A stretch of 64,000 bases of DNA from Solirubrobacterales bacterium (GCA_050258755.1 JBLMZI010000003.1:77131-141130); one strand, 5' to 3'. Positions 20,136-31,246 are shown, counted from the first letter of the stretch. Notes: generated by a model from the letters alone, not told the origin. Numbers and translations: made by a program.

Positions 20136-23100
20136 ATGGGATTTGTTCACCTGCATACCCACTCAGAATACAGCCTGTTGGACGGCGCCGCCCGCGTTAA
20201 AGGGATTGTGGCGAAAGCGGCCCGATTAGGCATGCCGGCAGCGGCCATCACTGACCACGGGGTGATGCATGCCGCCCTGGATTTCTATAAAGAAGCGAAA
20301 AAGACCGGCATTCGCCCGGTCATCGGTTTCGAGGCCTATGTTGCGCGCCGGAGCCGGATGGACCGGGTTCCGAAGGTGGACGATTCTCAGTATCACTTAA
20401 TCCTGCTCGCCGAAAACGAGATTGGCTACCGGAACCTCCTGCAGCTGTGCACCAGGGGGTTTTCGGAGGGATTCTATTACAAACCCCGAATCGACCGGGA
20501 ACTGCTGGAACAGTACCACGATGGCATTATCGCATTGTCGGCCTGTCTGGCCGGGGAGATTCCCGATTTGATCATGGCCGGGCGGGAGCCGGACGCGGAA
20601 ACCGCGGCCCGATATTATCGCGATCTGTTCGGCCCCGACCGTTTCTTCCTGGAGCTGCAGGACCACGGTATTCCGGAGCAGCAGGCGGTCAACCAGGGAC
20701 TGTTGAAAATTGCCGGAAAGACCGGAATCCCGCTGGTGGCCACCAATGACGCCCATTACCTGGAGCGGGAGGACGCCTTCATTCACGATGTGCTGCTGTG
20801 CATTCAGACCGGAAAAACCATTAATGATGAGAACCGGATGCGCTTTTCCACACCGGAGTTCTATTTTAAATCCGAGGCCGAAATGGCCGAGCTTTTTCCG
20901 AATCACGCCGAAGCCTTAAGCAATACCGGATACATCGCGGAACGCTGTGCGGTCGACCTGTCGTTTGGCGGGTTTCATCTTCCCGAATTTCCGGTTCCGG
21001 CAGGGCAAACCGCTGAAAGCTATCTTCGGGAACTGGTCGTTGCGGCCTTGCCGTGCAAGCTTCCCAACTACGACGATGCCGTATTGAAACGGGCTGAGTA
21101 TGAACTGGACGTTATCGACAAAATGGGATTTGCTGGGTATTTTCTCATCGTGCAGGACCTGGTCAACTGGTCGCGCCAGAACGGGGTAGCGGTCGGTCCG
21201 GGCCGTGGCTCTGCGGCAGGCAGCCTGGTTTCTTATCTGCTTGGCATTACCTCGATTAACCCGCTGAAATATGGATTACTGTTCGAACGGTTTCTGAATC
21301 CGGAACGGGTAAGCATGCCGGATATCGACCTCGATTTTTGTTTCGAAAACCGCGGCCGGGTGATCGAATACATCATCAACCGCTACGGACATGACCGGGT
21401 GGCGCAGATCATCACCTTTGGGACCATGGCCGCGCGCGCTGCCATCAAGGACGTCGGCCGGGCCCTGGACCTTTCCTACGCCGAAACCGACCGGATCGCC
21501 AAGCTGATCCCCGCCGAGATCGGGGTGACCATCGACCGCAGCCTGCAGGTTGTGCCCGAATTGATCGAGGCCTACCGGAACGATAACCAGGTGCGCCGGC
21601 TTATGGATACGGCCCGGGCGCTGGAGGGCATGCCCCGGCACGCTTCGGTGCACGCCGCCGGGGTTGTCATCGGAAACCGGGAGTTGGCCGAGATTCTGCC
21701 TTTGCAGCGCACCAGCGACGATCATACCGTGACTCAGTTTCCCAAGGACACGGTGGAGGAAATCGGGCTGCTGAAAATGGATATTCTCGGGCTGCGCACC
21801 CTGACGGTGATTCACCGTTCGATGGAGATCATCGAAAAGACGCGCGGCGTGAAAATCGATATCGACCAACTGCCGCTCGATGATCCGAAGGTTTACGAAC
21901 ACCTTTCTCGCGGGGATGCCATAGGCGTGTTCCAGTTTGAGAGTGACGGGATGCGGCGACTTTTGACCGAGATTCGGCCGAATCGTTTCGAAGATCTGGT
22001 GGCGATAAACGCGCTCTACCGGCCTGGCCCGCTTGGCAGCGGGATGGTCGAGGATTTCATCAACCGTAAACACGGGCGCCAGGACATCGCTTATCCCGAA
22101 CCGCGCTTGGAACCAATTTTGGACGAAACCTACGGGGTCATCCTGTACCAGGAGCAGGTTATGCAGATTGCCGGCGACCTGGCCGATTTCACCATGGGTG
22201 AGGCGGACTCGCTGCGTCGGGCGATGGGCAAGAAAAAGCCCCAGGAAATCCAGAAGATGCGGGCCAAATTTGTTGAAGGCGCCGGCGGTAAAGGAATACA
22301 CGAGGAAACCGCCGGATACCTGTTCGACCTGATGGAAAGCTTCGCCGGATACGGGTTTAATAAAAGCCACAGTGCGGCTTATGCACTGGTTTCCTACCAG
22401 ACCGCCTATCTAAAGGTCTACTATCCGGTGGAATACATGTGCGCTTTTCTGACCAGTGTGATCGATAATCAGGACCGCGTGGTATTCTATTTAAAGGAAT
22501 GCCGGCGCATGGGAATCGAAATTTTGCCCCCGGATGTGAATGAGAGCCATGAAGCCTTTACCGTGACCGGCTCGACCATCCGGTTTGGGCTTGGAGCGAT
22601 CAAGAGTGTGGGCGAAACGGCTATCAATACGATTGTCCGCGCCCGAAAAGCGGAGGGGCCGTTTGCCTCTTTGTTTGATTTTTGCTGCCGGGCCGACCTG
22701 CGCCAGATCAATAAGCGGGTGTTGGAGAACCTAATCCTGGCCGGCTGTTTTGACAGCCTCGGATTGACCCGCAAGGAAGCCCTATCCATAATGGACGAAT
22801 GCGTGGAGGCGGCTGCCTGTATCCGGGAAGCGGCTGAAAGCAGTCAACTGTCCCTCTTCGGGGAAGAGGAGCGGGCGCCGGAAGAACCGAAACCGAGAAA
22901 GCTCGGGGAGTTTCCGCCGGCGGAACGGATGCGGCTGGAAAAGGAAGTACTCGGATTTTATGTGTCGGAAACCCCGCTGTCCGAATACAAGGAGCGGCTG
23001 CACCTTTACGCGACCCACAATGCCGGGGAACTGGAACAGGTCCGGGACGGGGCCGAAATCAGGATTGCAGGGCTGGTCACCTCGCTGCAGCGGCGCCGAA

Positions 23101-23528
23101 ACAAGAACGGCGAACCCTGGGCGATTCTAACCATTGAGGACTTTTCCGGCAAGAGCGAAGTGCTGTTTTTTCCATCGGCCTACCGAGAGAACGCGGCGAA
23201 TTTGAAGCCGGACAACGTGGTGATGATCGAAGGGCGCCTGATCAACCGAAACGAGGAAGTGAAAGTAAGCGGCCGAACCATCGCGCCAATCGCCGAATCG
23301 GTCGATAGTGTCCATATCAGGGTACAGGGTGACAACGGCGGGAACGACGGCGTGCGGGATCGGATGGTTGAGGTTTTGACCCGGCATCCGGGCACAATCC
23401 CGGTCTATGTCCACATTAAAGGCAGCAAGACCTTACGGATGAACGAAAAATACTGGGTAACACCGGACGAACCCCTGCGCGGCGAACTGCGCAATCTGGT
23501 TGGCGGGGAAAACGTTTGGTTTGCATAA
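20136..23528 (+). CDS. dnaE: DNA polymerase III subunit alpha
   Basis: [40 protein letters not shown] fold. Confidence 0.98.
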   Translation: MGFVHLHTHSEYSLLDGAARVKGIVAKAARLGMPAAAITDHGVMHAALDFYKEAKKTGIRPVIGFEAYVARRSRMDRVPKVDDSQYHLILLAENEIGYRNLLQLCTRGFSEGFYYKPRIDRELLEQYHDGIIALSACLAGEIPDLIMAGREPDAETAARYYRDLFGPDRFFLELQDHGIPEQQAVNQGLLKIAGKTGIPLVATNDAHYLEREDAFIHDVLLCIQTGKTINDENRMRFSTPEFYFKSEAEMAELFPNHAEALSNTGYIAERCAVDLSFGGFHLPEFPVPAGQTAESYLRELVVAALPCKLPNYDDAVLKRAEYELDVIDKMGFAGYFLIVQDLVNWSRQNGVAVGPGRGSAAGSLVSYLLGITSINPLKYGLLFERFLNPERVSMPDIDLDFCFENRGRVIEYIINRYGHDRVAQIITFGTMAARAAIKDVGRALDLSYAETDRIAKLIPAEIGVTIDRSLQVVPELIEAYRNDNQVRRLMDTARALEGMPRHASVHAAGVVIGNRELAEILPLQRTSDDHTVTQFPKDTVEEIGLLKMDILGLRTLTVIHRSMEIIEKTRGVKIDIDQLPLDDPKVYEHLSRGDAIGVFQFESDGMRRLLTEIRPNRFEDLVAINALYRPGPLGSGMVEDFINRKHGRQDIAYPEPRLEPILDETYGVILYQEQVMQIAGDLADFTMGEADSLRRAMGKKKPQEIQKMRAKFVEGAGGKGIHEETAGYLFDLMESFAGYGFNKSHSAAYALVSYQTAYLKVYYPVEYMCAFLTSVIDNQDRVVFYLKECRRMGIEILPPDVNESHEAFTVTGSTIRFGLGAIKSVGETAINTIVRARKAEGPFASLFDFCCRADLRQINKRVLENLILAGCFDSLGLTRKEALSIMDECVEAAACIREAAESSQLSLFGEEERAPEEPKPRKLGEFPPAERMRLEKEVLGFYVSETPLSEYKERLHLYATHNAGELEQVRDGAEIRIAGLVTSLQRRRNKNGEPWAILTIEDFSGKSEVLFFPSAYRENAANLKPDNVVMIEGRLINRNEEVKVSGRTIAPIAESVDSVHIRVQGDNGGNDGVRDRMVEVLTRHPGTIPVYVHIKGSKTLRMNEKYWVTPDEPLRGELRNLVGGENVWFA

Positions 23529-23556
23529 CAACAGCGGGAAACGGAGGAAAGTGACA

Positions 23557-23787
23557 GTGGAAGACAGGACCTACGGCGAAGAATATGTTGTCATAAAGGC
23601 GCTCGAAAATGGGGTTACTATAATTGGGCTGACCCGGGGCAAGGACACCCGCTTTCATCACAGCGAAAAACTGGACAAAGGCGAATTGATGATCGCGCAG
23701 TTTACCGAGCACACCTCGGCGATCAAGATTCGCGGAAGAGCGGAACTTCTAACCCGGCACGGGAGGGTTGTCAGCGACGGGGAGTAG
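23557..23787 (+). CDS. mtrB: trp RNA-binding attenuation protein TRAP
   Basis: [50 protein letters not shown]; GGAGG SD. Confidence 0.97.
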   Translation: MEDRTYGEEYVVIKALENGVTIIGLTRGKDTRFHHSEKLDKGELMIAQFTEHTSAIKIRGRAELLTRHGRVVSDGE

Positions 23788-23807
23788 GACTTTTCGGAGC
23801 GGATATT

Positions 23808-24779
23808 TTGGAAAACAACATCCAGCGGATCGCCGTGCTGACCAGCGGCGGTGACGCGCCTGGCATGAACGCCGCGGTTCGGGCCGTGACCCGGACCGCA
23901 GCCAGTAAAAATCTTCGGATCTTCGGGGTGCTGCGCGGCTTTTACGGTCTGCTGTACCGGGATATCATCGAGCTTTCGGTGAACGGGGTCGGTGACATCA
24001 TTCACCGCGGCGGCACGATTCTCAGAACGTCCCGGGTGAAGGAATTCCGCGATCAGAAAATGCGCGGGGAAGCGATCCGGACCCTGGAGGCGTTCGGCAT
24101 CGAAGGCCTGGTCATCATTGGCGGCAACGGATCGCTTTGCGGCGGCCGGGAACTGGCCCGGCTCGGGGTTAAAGTCGCCGGAATACCGGCTAGCATCGAC
24201 AACGATGTTTTCGGGACTGATTTGTCGATTGGCTTCGATACTGCAGTCAATACAGTGCTGGAAGCGATAAATCGGATTCGGGATACAGCGACATCGCACG
24301 AGCGAATCTTTATAATAGAAGTTATGGGACGGGAATCGGGACAGATCGCGCTGGCGGCCGGACTGGCCGGCGGGGCCGAATCGATCCTGGTTCCTGAGCT
24401 GCCTTTCGATATCCACGAGATCGTGGACCGCATCAACCAGGGCATTGCCCGCGGGAAGCTGCACAGCATCATTGTGGTGGCCGAGGGCTGCTGCAGCGGG
24501 CTGAGTCTGGGCAAGGAAATCGAACGTTTAAGCCGTCACGAGACACGTGTAACCGTACTGGGACACACTCAGCGAGGCGGGACGCCGACGGCAATCGATC
24601 GAAACCTTGCTTCGCGCATGGGCGCCCGGGCGGTGGAATGGCTGACGGAGGGGCGGCATCACCTGATGGTTGGCCTGCAGGCCGGGCACCTGGTGCCGGT
24701 CAGCCTGGAGGACGTTGTAAAAGGGACCAAGGAACTCGATCTTGAACAGGTCGAGCTCGCCAGGATTCTGGCCCGTTAA
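23808..24779 (+). CDS. pfkA: 6-phosphofructokinase
   Basis: TSGGDAPGMN, GGTILRT, SIDND, EVMGR, LGHTQRGG. Confidence 0.97.
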   Translation: MENNIQRIAVLTSGGDAPGMNAAVRAVTRTAASKNLRIFGVLRGFYGLLYRDIIELSVNGVGDIIHRGGTILRTSRVKEFRDQKMRGEAIRTLEAFGIEGLVIIGGNGSLCGGRELARLGVKVAGIPASIDNDVFGTDLSIGFDTAVNTVLEAINRIRDTATSHERIFIIEVMGRESGQIALAAGLAGGAESILVPELPFDIHEIVDRINQGIARGKLHSIIVVAEGCCSGLSLGKEIERLSRHETRVTVLGHTQRGGTPTAIDRNLASRMGARAVEWLTEGRHHLMVGLQAGHLVPVSLEDVVKGTKELDLEQVELARILAR

Positions 24780-24877
24780 ACGAACAAATCGAGCGGGCCG
24801 GGTTGAAGTGGGGCATGGATTTAGACCAGGCGTTTTTCATCGGATGAAGAAGCAATTGATTAGGGGGAGGATGTATT

Positions 24878-26629
24878 TTGAGAAAGACAAAGATCATCTG
24901 CACACTGGGGCCGGCAACCGATTCGATTGAAGTGGTGAAAGATCTGGCCAGGCTGGGCATGAATGTGGCCAGGCTCAATTTTTCGCATGGTACGCATGAA
25001 CAGCATTTGAACCGGATTAAGCTGGTGCAGCAGGCTACCCAGGAAAGCGGGAAGCTGATTTCAATCATGCTCGATACCAAGGGCCCTGAAATTCGCATCG
25101 GCATGGTTCGGGACGGCAAGGTGGAGATGGTGGAGGGGAATCCGGTTGTACTGACCACTCGCCTGGTTGAAGGGACCGAATCGGAGCTTCATGTCAATTT
25201 TCCGGGGCTTCCGGATGCGGTGAAGCCGGGTGACCGGATTTTAATTGCCGACGGCGTCATCGCCCTTGAGGTCGAGCGGGTTGAAGGCGGGGAGAATATC
25301 CACTGCCGGGTCGTTTACGGCGGTTCGCTCGGCAGCCAGAAGGGGATCAACATTCCCGGCGTTGCGACCGGGCTTCCGTTTCTGAGTGAGCGGGACATCG
25401 CCGATATCCATTTCGGCCTGGACCAGGGCATTGATTTCATCGCGGCTTCGTTTGTACGGGATGCCCGAGACGTGCTTGACATCCGGCGCATTATTGAATC
25501 CCGCGATATGAATGTTGATATTATCGCGAAAATCGAATGTCAGGAAGCCGTTCATAACCTCGATCAGATCATCAAAGTGGCGGATGCCATCATGGTGGCG
25601 CGGGGTGACCTTGGGGTGGAGATTCCGACCGAGGAAGTCCCGCTGGTGCAGAAACGGATCGTGGAAAAATGCAATAGTGCGGGCAAACCTGTGATTATCG
25701 CGACCCAGATGCTCGAATCGATGATCAAGAGCCCGCGGCCGACCCGGGCCGAAGCCTCGGACGTTGCAAACGGCATCTTCGACGGTGCGGACGCAATCAT
25801 GCTTTCCGGCGAAACCGCGGCCGGGCAGTTCCCGCGCGAAGCGGTGGAAACCATGGCGCGCATCGCCCTCCGGGCTGAAGAGGTCCTGCCTTTTGAACAG
25901 ATGTTAAAGCGGAAGCGCTTCCAGGGGAGTCTGTTCCCGACCGACGCGATCGGATACGCGACCTGCGCTCTGGCGACCGACCTGGACGCCTCGGCGATTA
26001 TTACCGCGACCCAATCTGGCTCGACTGCCCGCATGGTGGCCAAATACCGGCCGCGCAGCATCATCCTGGCTACGACCCCCATCGAAGCGGTGGCCCGTCG
26101 TTTAAACCTGGTCTGGGGTGTGCACCCTATTCTAGTAGAAACGACGAGCGGCACTGACGAAATGTTTGAAGAATCGGTTGATGCCGCTCTTCGCCAGGGC
26201 ATGATTAAGGAAGGGGATCTGGTGGTTATCACTGCCGGGGTGCCCAGCGGCGTTCCCGGAACGACCAACCTGATCAAGGTACACGTGGTAGCGGAAATTA
26301 TCCTGCAGGGAACCGGTATCGGACGGCGCTCCTGCACCGGCAAGATTCGAAAAGTGAAAGATCCTGGATCTGTCGAGCATTTCGAGCATGGCGATATCCT
26401 TGTGGCCTACTCGACTGACCGGGAGTTCATGCCGTTTTTCCAGCGCGCGGGCGCGGTCATCACAGAAGAAGCCGGTCTAACCTCTCATGCGGCGATCGCC
26501 GGCATCAGTCTTGGGATACCGGTCGTGGTCGGTGCCGATGCGGCGATGGAGCGGTTGGACGAGGATATGCTGGTGACGGTCGACACCTCCCGGGGCGTGG
26601 TTTACCGGGGGCAGACCAAGGTCCTTTAG
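24878..26629 (+). CDS. pyk: Pyruvate kinase with C-terminal PEP-utiliser (swivel) domain
   Basis: RKTKIICTLGP, RLNFSHG, MVARGDLGVE, MLSGETA; GLTSHAAI tail domain. Confidence 0.98.
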   Translation: MRKTKIICTLGPATDSIEVVKDLARLGMNVARLNFSHGTHEQHLNRIKLVQQATQESGKLISIMLDTKGPEIRIGMVRDGKVEMVEGNPVVLTTRLVEGTESELHVNFPGLPDAVKPGDRILIADGVIALEVERVEGGENIHCRVVYGGSLGSQKGINIPGVATGLPFLSERDIADIHFGLDQGIDFIAASFVRDARDVLDIRRIIESRDMNVDIIAKIECQEAVHNLDQIIKVADAIMVARGDLGVEIPTEEVPLVQKRIVEKCNSAGKPVIIATQMLESMIKSPRPTRAEASDVANGIFDGADAIMLSGETAAGQFPREAVETMARIALRAEEVLPFEQMLKRKRFQGSLFPTDAIGYATCALATDLDASAIITATQSGSTARMVAKYRPRSIILATTPIEAVARRLNLVWGVHPILVETTSGTDEMFEESVDAALRQGMIKEGDLVVITAGVPSGVPGTTNLIKVHVVAEIILQGTGIGRRSCTGKIRKVKDPGSVEHFEHGDILVAYSTDREFMPFFQRAGAVITEEAGLTSHAAIAGISLGIPVVVGADAAMERLDEDMLVTVDTSRGVVYRGQTKVL

Positions 26630-26649
26630 CGGTTAGATAGTTCGTGGAG

Positions 26650-26674
26650 AGCGCCGGAAATCCGGCGCTTTTTT
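26650..26674 (+). terminator. Terminator of the dnaE-mtrB-pfkA-pyk operon
   Basis: agcgccgga-aa-tccggcgct-ttttt. Confidence 0.85.
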
Positions 26675-26717
26675 ATTAGGCAGATTGGGCTGGGTGGTTT
26701 GAGCGGGCTTGCGGGGG

Positions 26718-26941
26718 GCGGCGGGGAAAGCGGGTACCCTGAGCGAGCCACGGCCTGTCGCCTCTACTTCTCCGGCTTGCTTCGGGTTGCAGACCCAACC
26801 TGAGACACCCGGCTTCCGTGCCGGGTCTCAGGAACTCGGCATCCATGCCGAGTTGAACCTGCAACTGATCCTCAGCTTCACCGGGAAGTATGACGGCGCC
26901 ACGCCTACCGGCTCGCTCAGGGTACCCGCTTTCCCCGCCGC
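26718..26941. repeat. 224-nt fold-back (palindromic) element, REP/MITE-like
   Basis: Perfect 32-bp terminal inverted repeat (26718-26749 / 26910-26941) enclosing an imperfect stem and two internal hairpins. Confidence 0.8.
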
Positions 26942-27176
26942 AGTATTCCTCATGGGCTCCCGTCTGTTTTTAGAAGCCTCCGGCATCCCAGGCACTTGGC
27001 CGCTTATTATACCCGGTGAGGAAAAGGGTGTCTTCGCGAAGAAAAGATCGTTGGTTGATGCTCATTGCTGCGTTGTTTCGTGTGCGCAAGATTCGGTTTG
27101 CATGGGTTGGCCGGATCGGGCTACGATGGAGACAGAAGCACGCCGGTCGTTTGACGGCGGATCGGGAGCGGGGCTT

Positions 27177-28064
27177 ATGCACACATTGGATGAAGCGATG
27201 ATGACACAGCGCGATGATTATCGGCTGGTTGCCCAAGCAATTCGTTATATCGAGACCAACTATCATTCTCACCCGTCGCTGGACGAGATCGCCCGGAGCG
27301 TTCACCTGAGCAAGTATCACTTCCAACGCCTGTTTACCCGGTGGGCGGGGATCAGTCCGAACCGGTTTCTCCAGTATCTTACCATCAGCCATGCGAAAGC
27401 CCGGCTGTCCGAATCCGCCAGCTTACTCGGCGCGGCGGAGAGTGTCGGGCTTTCGTCCACTGGGCGGCTTCATGACTTGTTTGTGACCTTTGATGCGATC
27501 ACTCCGGGAGAATACGGAAACTGTGGTGCGGGAATTCAGATTGTTTGCGGGGTGCAGCCGACGCCGTTTGGGGATTGTTTAATCGGACAAACCGGGCGCG
27601 GAATATGTGCCCTGGAATTTCTGGATGATGCCGGGGCGAATGCAGCTATTGAACGCTTGAATGAAGCCTGGCCGCTTTCTGCGGTAACGCGGAACGATGG
27701 CCGGATTGCGGAAATTGCGGGATGGATTTTCGGCCGGAACCAAGCTGATCGAAAGGCCGCCGGAAATGCCGGGGTGACGGCACTGGTGAAAGGAACGAAC
27801 TTTCAGATCAAGGTGTGGGAGGCGTTGCTGCGAATCGAACCGGGACAGCTCGTTTCCTATAGAGATCTTGCGGCCAGGATTGGACAGCCTGAAGCCGCGC
27901 GGGCGGTCGGTCAGGCGGCAGCCCGAAATTCCATTGCGTATCTGATTCCATGTCACCGGGTGATCCGGGAAACGGGCGTAATCAACCAGTATAAATGGGG
28001 CAGTGTCCGAAAAAAAGCGATCATCGGATGGGAAGCAGCTCAACGCGAAGCATTCAAGGATTAA
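27177..28064 (+). CDS. AraC-HTH / O6-methylguanine-DNA methyltransferase fusion (Ada-like, no Zn-finger)
   Basis: PSLDEIA..LSKYHFQRLF HTH; GTNFQIKVW, RAVG, IPCHRVI. Confidence 0.9.
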   Translation: MHTLDEAMMTQRDDYRLVAQAIRYIETNYHSHPSLDEIARSVHLSKYHFQRLFTRWAGISPNRFLQYLTISHAKARLSESASLLGAAESVGLSSTGRLHDLFVTFDAITPGEYGNCGAGIQIVCGVQPTPFGDCLIGQTGRGICALEFLDDAGANAAIERLNEAWPLSAVTRNDGRIAEIAGWIFGRNQADRKAAGNAGVTALVKGTNFQIKVWEALLRIEPGQLVSYRDLAARIGQPEAARAVGQAAARNSIAYLIPCHRVIRETGVINQYKWGSVRKKAIIGWEAAQREAFKD

Positions 28065-28281
28065 CAGAGCGTTTTCGTAAGCCGGCAAACCTTTTCCGCG
28101 TCTATATACGGGTATAATAGAAAACCAAGCGCGACAGGAGCCGAAGGCTCAATCATTATCGGGGCGGGTTGGTTCTGCAATCCCAAAGCGAGCCGCGGAA
28201 ATATAGGCGAGTACTCGCCGGGCTCACCGGGCCCCTCTTCCCCCAGTCAGACTCCCCGGACATCGATAGCACCGCAGGACG

Positions 28282-28316
28282 AAAAAAGCGTCTCGAAAAT
28301 CGAGGCGCCTTTTCTT
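28282..28316. terminator. Bidirectional terminator
   Basis: aaaaaagcgtctcga-aaa-tcgaggcgccttttctt. Confidence 0.7.
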
Positions 28317-28338
28317 CGTGTGTGTTAGGCTGTGCGGC

Positions 28339-29124
28339 CTATTTGCCCTGGAAGTTGGCTTTGCGGCCTTCCAGGAATGCGCCCATGCCTTCCTTCTGGT
28401 CGGCGGAGGCGAACAGCATGGCGAAGCCTTCCTGCTCCAGGCGGCAGCCGGATTTGATGTCGGTGTTCATGGAGGCGTTGATTGCGCTCTTGGCCAGACG
28501 CAGCGCAAGCGGCGGCTTCTTGGTCAGTTTGCGGGCCAGTTTCTTGGCGGCGTCCATGACCTGGTCGGCCGGGACCAGCTGGTTGATCATGCCCATTTCA
28601 TAGGCGCGCTGAGCTGGGAAGAAGTCGCCGGTGAAAATCAGTTCCTTGGCGCGGCCAAGACCGATCAGGCGAGGCAGCCGCTGGGTGCCGCCGCCGCCCG
28701 GATAGATGCCAAGGCTGATTTCGGGAAGACCGAAGGTGGCATTGTCGGCTGCGATCCGGACATCACAGGCGAGTGCAAGCTCGGTGCCGCCGCCCAGGGC
28801 GAAACCGCAGATCGCAGCGATGGTCGGTTTTTGGTTGTCCTCGAGCTTAAAGATCGTTTTGTGAACGAGATCGATAAAGGCGCGGGCTTCGAAGGCGTTG
28901 TATTCAGAAACTGCCTTGATGTCAGCGCCGGCAGCGAAGACTTTGTCGCCGCCGGTGATGATGATGGCTTTCACCGCGGGGTCTTTTTCCATCATTTCAA
29001 GCGCGACATAAGTTTCTTCGAGCAGCCGGTCATTCACCGAGTTCATGGCTTTGGGCCGGTTAATGGTCAGAATGCCGATTCCATCAGCGACTTCATATAA
29101 CAGGGTTTCAAATTTCGCTGTCAT
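28339..29124 (-). CDS. crt: Enoyl-CoA hydratase (crotonase)
   Basis: NRPKAMN, FAAGADI, GFALGGGTELALACD, GLPEISLG, GGTQRL. Confidence 0.9.
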   Translation of the reverse strand: MTAKFETLLYEVADGIGILTINRPKAMNSVNDRLLEETYVALEMMEKDPAVKAIIITGGDKVFAAGADIKAVSEYNAFEARAFIDLVHKTIFKLEDNQKPTIAAICGFALGGGTELALACDVRIAADNATFGLPEISLGIYPGGGGTQRLPRLIGLGRAKELIFTGDFFPAQRAYEMGMINQLVPADQVMDAAKKLARKLTKKPPLALRLAKSAINASMNTDIKSGCRLEQEGFAMLFASADQKEGMGAFLEGRKANFQGK

Positions 29125-29196
29125 GGTCTCATCCTCCTTAATGGTCGATTCAGAAGCACAACATTGAAACACAGGCTTTACCCGCTGTTTTTTCGA

Positions 29197-29976
29197 TCAA
29201 TGGCCGGTAAAGGTAGGCCGACGCCCGGTCAGAAAGGCATGCATGCCTTCCTTTTGGTCCCGAGTGGTGAAAAGCAAGGCAAACCCCTCCCGTTCGATGG
29301 CGGAACCTGTCCTGATATCATTGTCCATGGCGGCATGGATGGCCCGTTTTGCCAGCCGGAACGCCTGAGGCGGTTTACGGATCAGTTTTGTACCCAGAGC
29401 CCGGGCCCGGAGCATCACTTGATCGGCGGGGACCACTTCGTTAACCAGCCCGATCTGCCAGGCGGCATCGGCATCGATAAACTCGCCGGAGAGAATGAGT
29501 TCCCTGGCCTTCCCGAGGCCAACCAGACGGGCCAGGCGCTGGGTGCCCCCCGCGCCTGGATGAATCCCGAGGTTGATTTCAGGAAACCCAAAGGTCGCCT
29601 TTTCGGAGGCGATTCTCAGGTCGCAGGCCATGGCCAGTTCCAGCCCGCCGTCGAGGACAAATCCGTTCATGGCGGCGATCGTTGGCTTCGGACAGTCTTC
29701 CAGTTCAGACACGACCTGATTGACTTGCTCGATAAAGTCCTGGGCCTGCCACACGTCCATCGGTTTCAGCTCTTTGATGTCGCCGCCGGCGGCAAACATT
29801 CTGAGACCGCCGGTCACAATGATGGCCTTAACGGACGCGTCCTCGATATACTGGTGCAGGACCTGATGCAGTTCGCCGAGCATGTGCCCGTCGATCGCGT
29901 TCATGGTTTCCGGGCGATTCATCTGCACAATGCCGAAGCCGTCTTCGACCTGTGACAGAATCGTCTCATACGCCAT
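29197..29976 (-). CDS. Enoyl-CoA hydratase (second paralogue)
   Basis: NRPETMNA, FAAGGDI, GGLELAMACD, PEINLG, GGTQRL. Confidence 0.9.
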   Translation of the reverse strand: MAYETILSQVEDGFGIVQMNRPETMNAIDGHMLGELHQVLHQYIEDASVKAIIVTGGLRMFAAGGDIKELKPMDVWQAQDFIEQVNQVVSELEDCPKPTIAAMNGFVLDGGLELAMACDLRIASEKATFGFPEINLGIHPGAGGTQRLARLVGLGKARELILSGEFIDADAAWQIGLVNEVVPADQVMLRARALGTKLIRKPPQAFRLAKRAIHAAMDNDIRTGSAIEREGFALLFTTRDQKEGMHAFLTGRRPTFTGH

Positions 29977-30062
29977 GGTGCGCTCCTCCTTCACGATTCC
30001 GTTCGGTTCTATATTGAAAAATTCAATGGGGTGCCGGATTGAAGGATGCGCTGGGTACAAAG

Positions 30063-30923
30063 CTATTTGGACTCGCTGTAGTCGTAGAAGCCGCGGCCGG
30101 TTTTACGGCCCAGCCAGCCGGCGCGGACATACTGTTTGATCAGCGAGCACGGGCGATATTTCGGGTCGCCGGTTTCTCTGTACAGCACATTGCAGACTTC
30201 CAGCGCGATGTCGAGGCCCACCATGTCGGCCAGGGTCAGCGGGCCCATCGGCCAGCCGGCGCCGAGTCTCATCGCGGTGTCGATATCCTTCTCCGAAGCG
30301 AGACCTTCCATCAGGATGTAGGCAGCTTCGTTAAGGCCGGGAACCAGGATGCGGTTGACCACAAAGCCCGGGCCTTCTTTGACCTTGATGGGTTTTTTGC
30401 CGATTTTCTTGGAAAGCTCGTAAATTACGTTAAAGGTGTCGTCCGAGGTCTGCAGAGCGGGAATGACTTCGATCAGCGCCATGACCTGGGCCGGGTTGAA
30501 GAAGTGCATGCCAACGACCTGCTGCGGCCGCTTGGTGACGGCTGCCATCTCGGTGATGGAAAGCGACGAGGTGTTCGTCGCGAAAATCGCTTCCGGTTTG
30601 CAGGCTTCGTCCAGCTTCTTGTAGGTAGCCAGTTTGATTTCGAGGTTTTCGACGATGCTTTCGACCACGACATCAACATCGGCGAGATCCTTCAGGTCAG
30701 CCGAACCGGTAATATTACCGAGGACAAAATCTTTGGCGCCGTCCGGAGCCTGGCCTTTTTCCACCGCTTTGGCAATGATTTTGCCGATGCGGGCGATTGC
30801 TTTTTCCACGATTTCAATCTTGATATCATAAAGGACAACCTGGATACCGGATTGTGCAAAAACCTGGGCAATCCCCATGCCCATGGTGCCGGCGCCGAGA
30901 ACAGCAACTTTTTTGACTTCCAT
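30063..30923 (-). CDS. hbd: 3-hydroxybutyryl/3-hydroxyacyl-CoA dehydrogenase
   Basis: GAGTMGMG, ATNTSS, GMHFFNP, GFVVNR, GRKTGRGFY; GGAGG SD. Confidence 0.95.
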   Translation of the reverse strand: MEVKKVAVLGAGTMGMGIAQVFAQSGIQVVLYDIKIEIVEKAIARIGKIIAKAVEKGQAPDGAKDFVLGNITGSADLKDLADVDVVVESIVENLEIKLATYKKLDEACKPEAIFATNTSSLSITEMAAVTKRPQQVVGMHFFNPAQVMALIEVIPALQTSDDTFNVIYELSKKIGKKPIKVKEGPGFVVNRILVPGLNEAAYILMEGLASEKDIDTAMRLGAGWPMGPLTLADMVGLDIALEVCNVLYRETGDPKYRPCSLIKQYVRAGWLGRKTGRGFYDYSESK

Positions 30924-31063
30924 GAATTGATAACCTCCCTGAAATTCTTTTTGTACGATGAATGCCGAACGAATGAATGCAATCTGAACCGGGACAACTA
31001 CAGTTTGGCCGACCACCTCCCAATTTATTCTATGACAAGCGTACACTCCCACTCTATCCATTA

Positions 31064-31080
31064 TGCAAAGAATGTGCCAA
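31064..31080 (-). promoter_or_regulatory. Sigma-54 (-24/-12) promoter of hbd-crt-crt
   Basis: TTGGCAC-attct-TTGCA matches the TGGCAC-N5-TTGC consensus. Confidence 0.85.
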
Positions 31081-31211
31081 TTAGAACGGAATCGCCAAAA
31101 GCCGACTCAATCGCGAATGCCGGCTGTCAGCAAGGATGTTCGATGTTGCAGGGGACCATCCGTGCGGGGTTTATTTGTTCGAAAAGTCAAACGAAGCGCA
31201 AATTCGATAGA

Positions 31212-31246
31212 TGTCCCAAAATGAGACACTGTCTCAATGGGAGACG
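31212..31246. promoter_or_regulatory. Putative tandem upstream activator sequences for the bEBP
   Basis: tgtcccaaaatgagaca and tgtctcaatgggagacg, about 130-165 bp upstream of the -24 element. Confidence 0.6.

Noticed and set aside
20136-23528. Intein in dnaE
   Set aside because: Length is normal (about 1130 aa) and no C...HN splice motifs or insertion were seen.
26709-27176. 156-aa N-terminal extension of the ada-like ORF
   Set aside because: It reads through the palindromic element; recognisable protein starts near 27177-27201.
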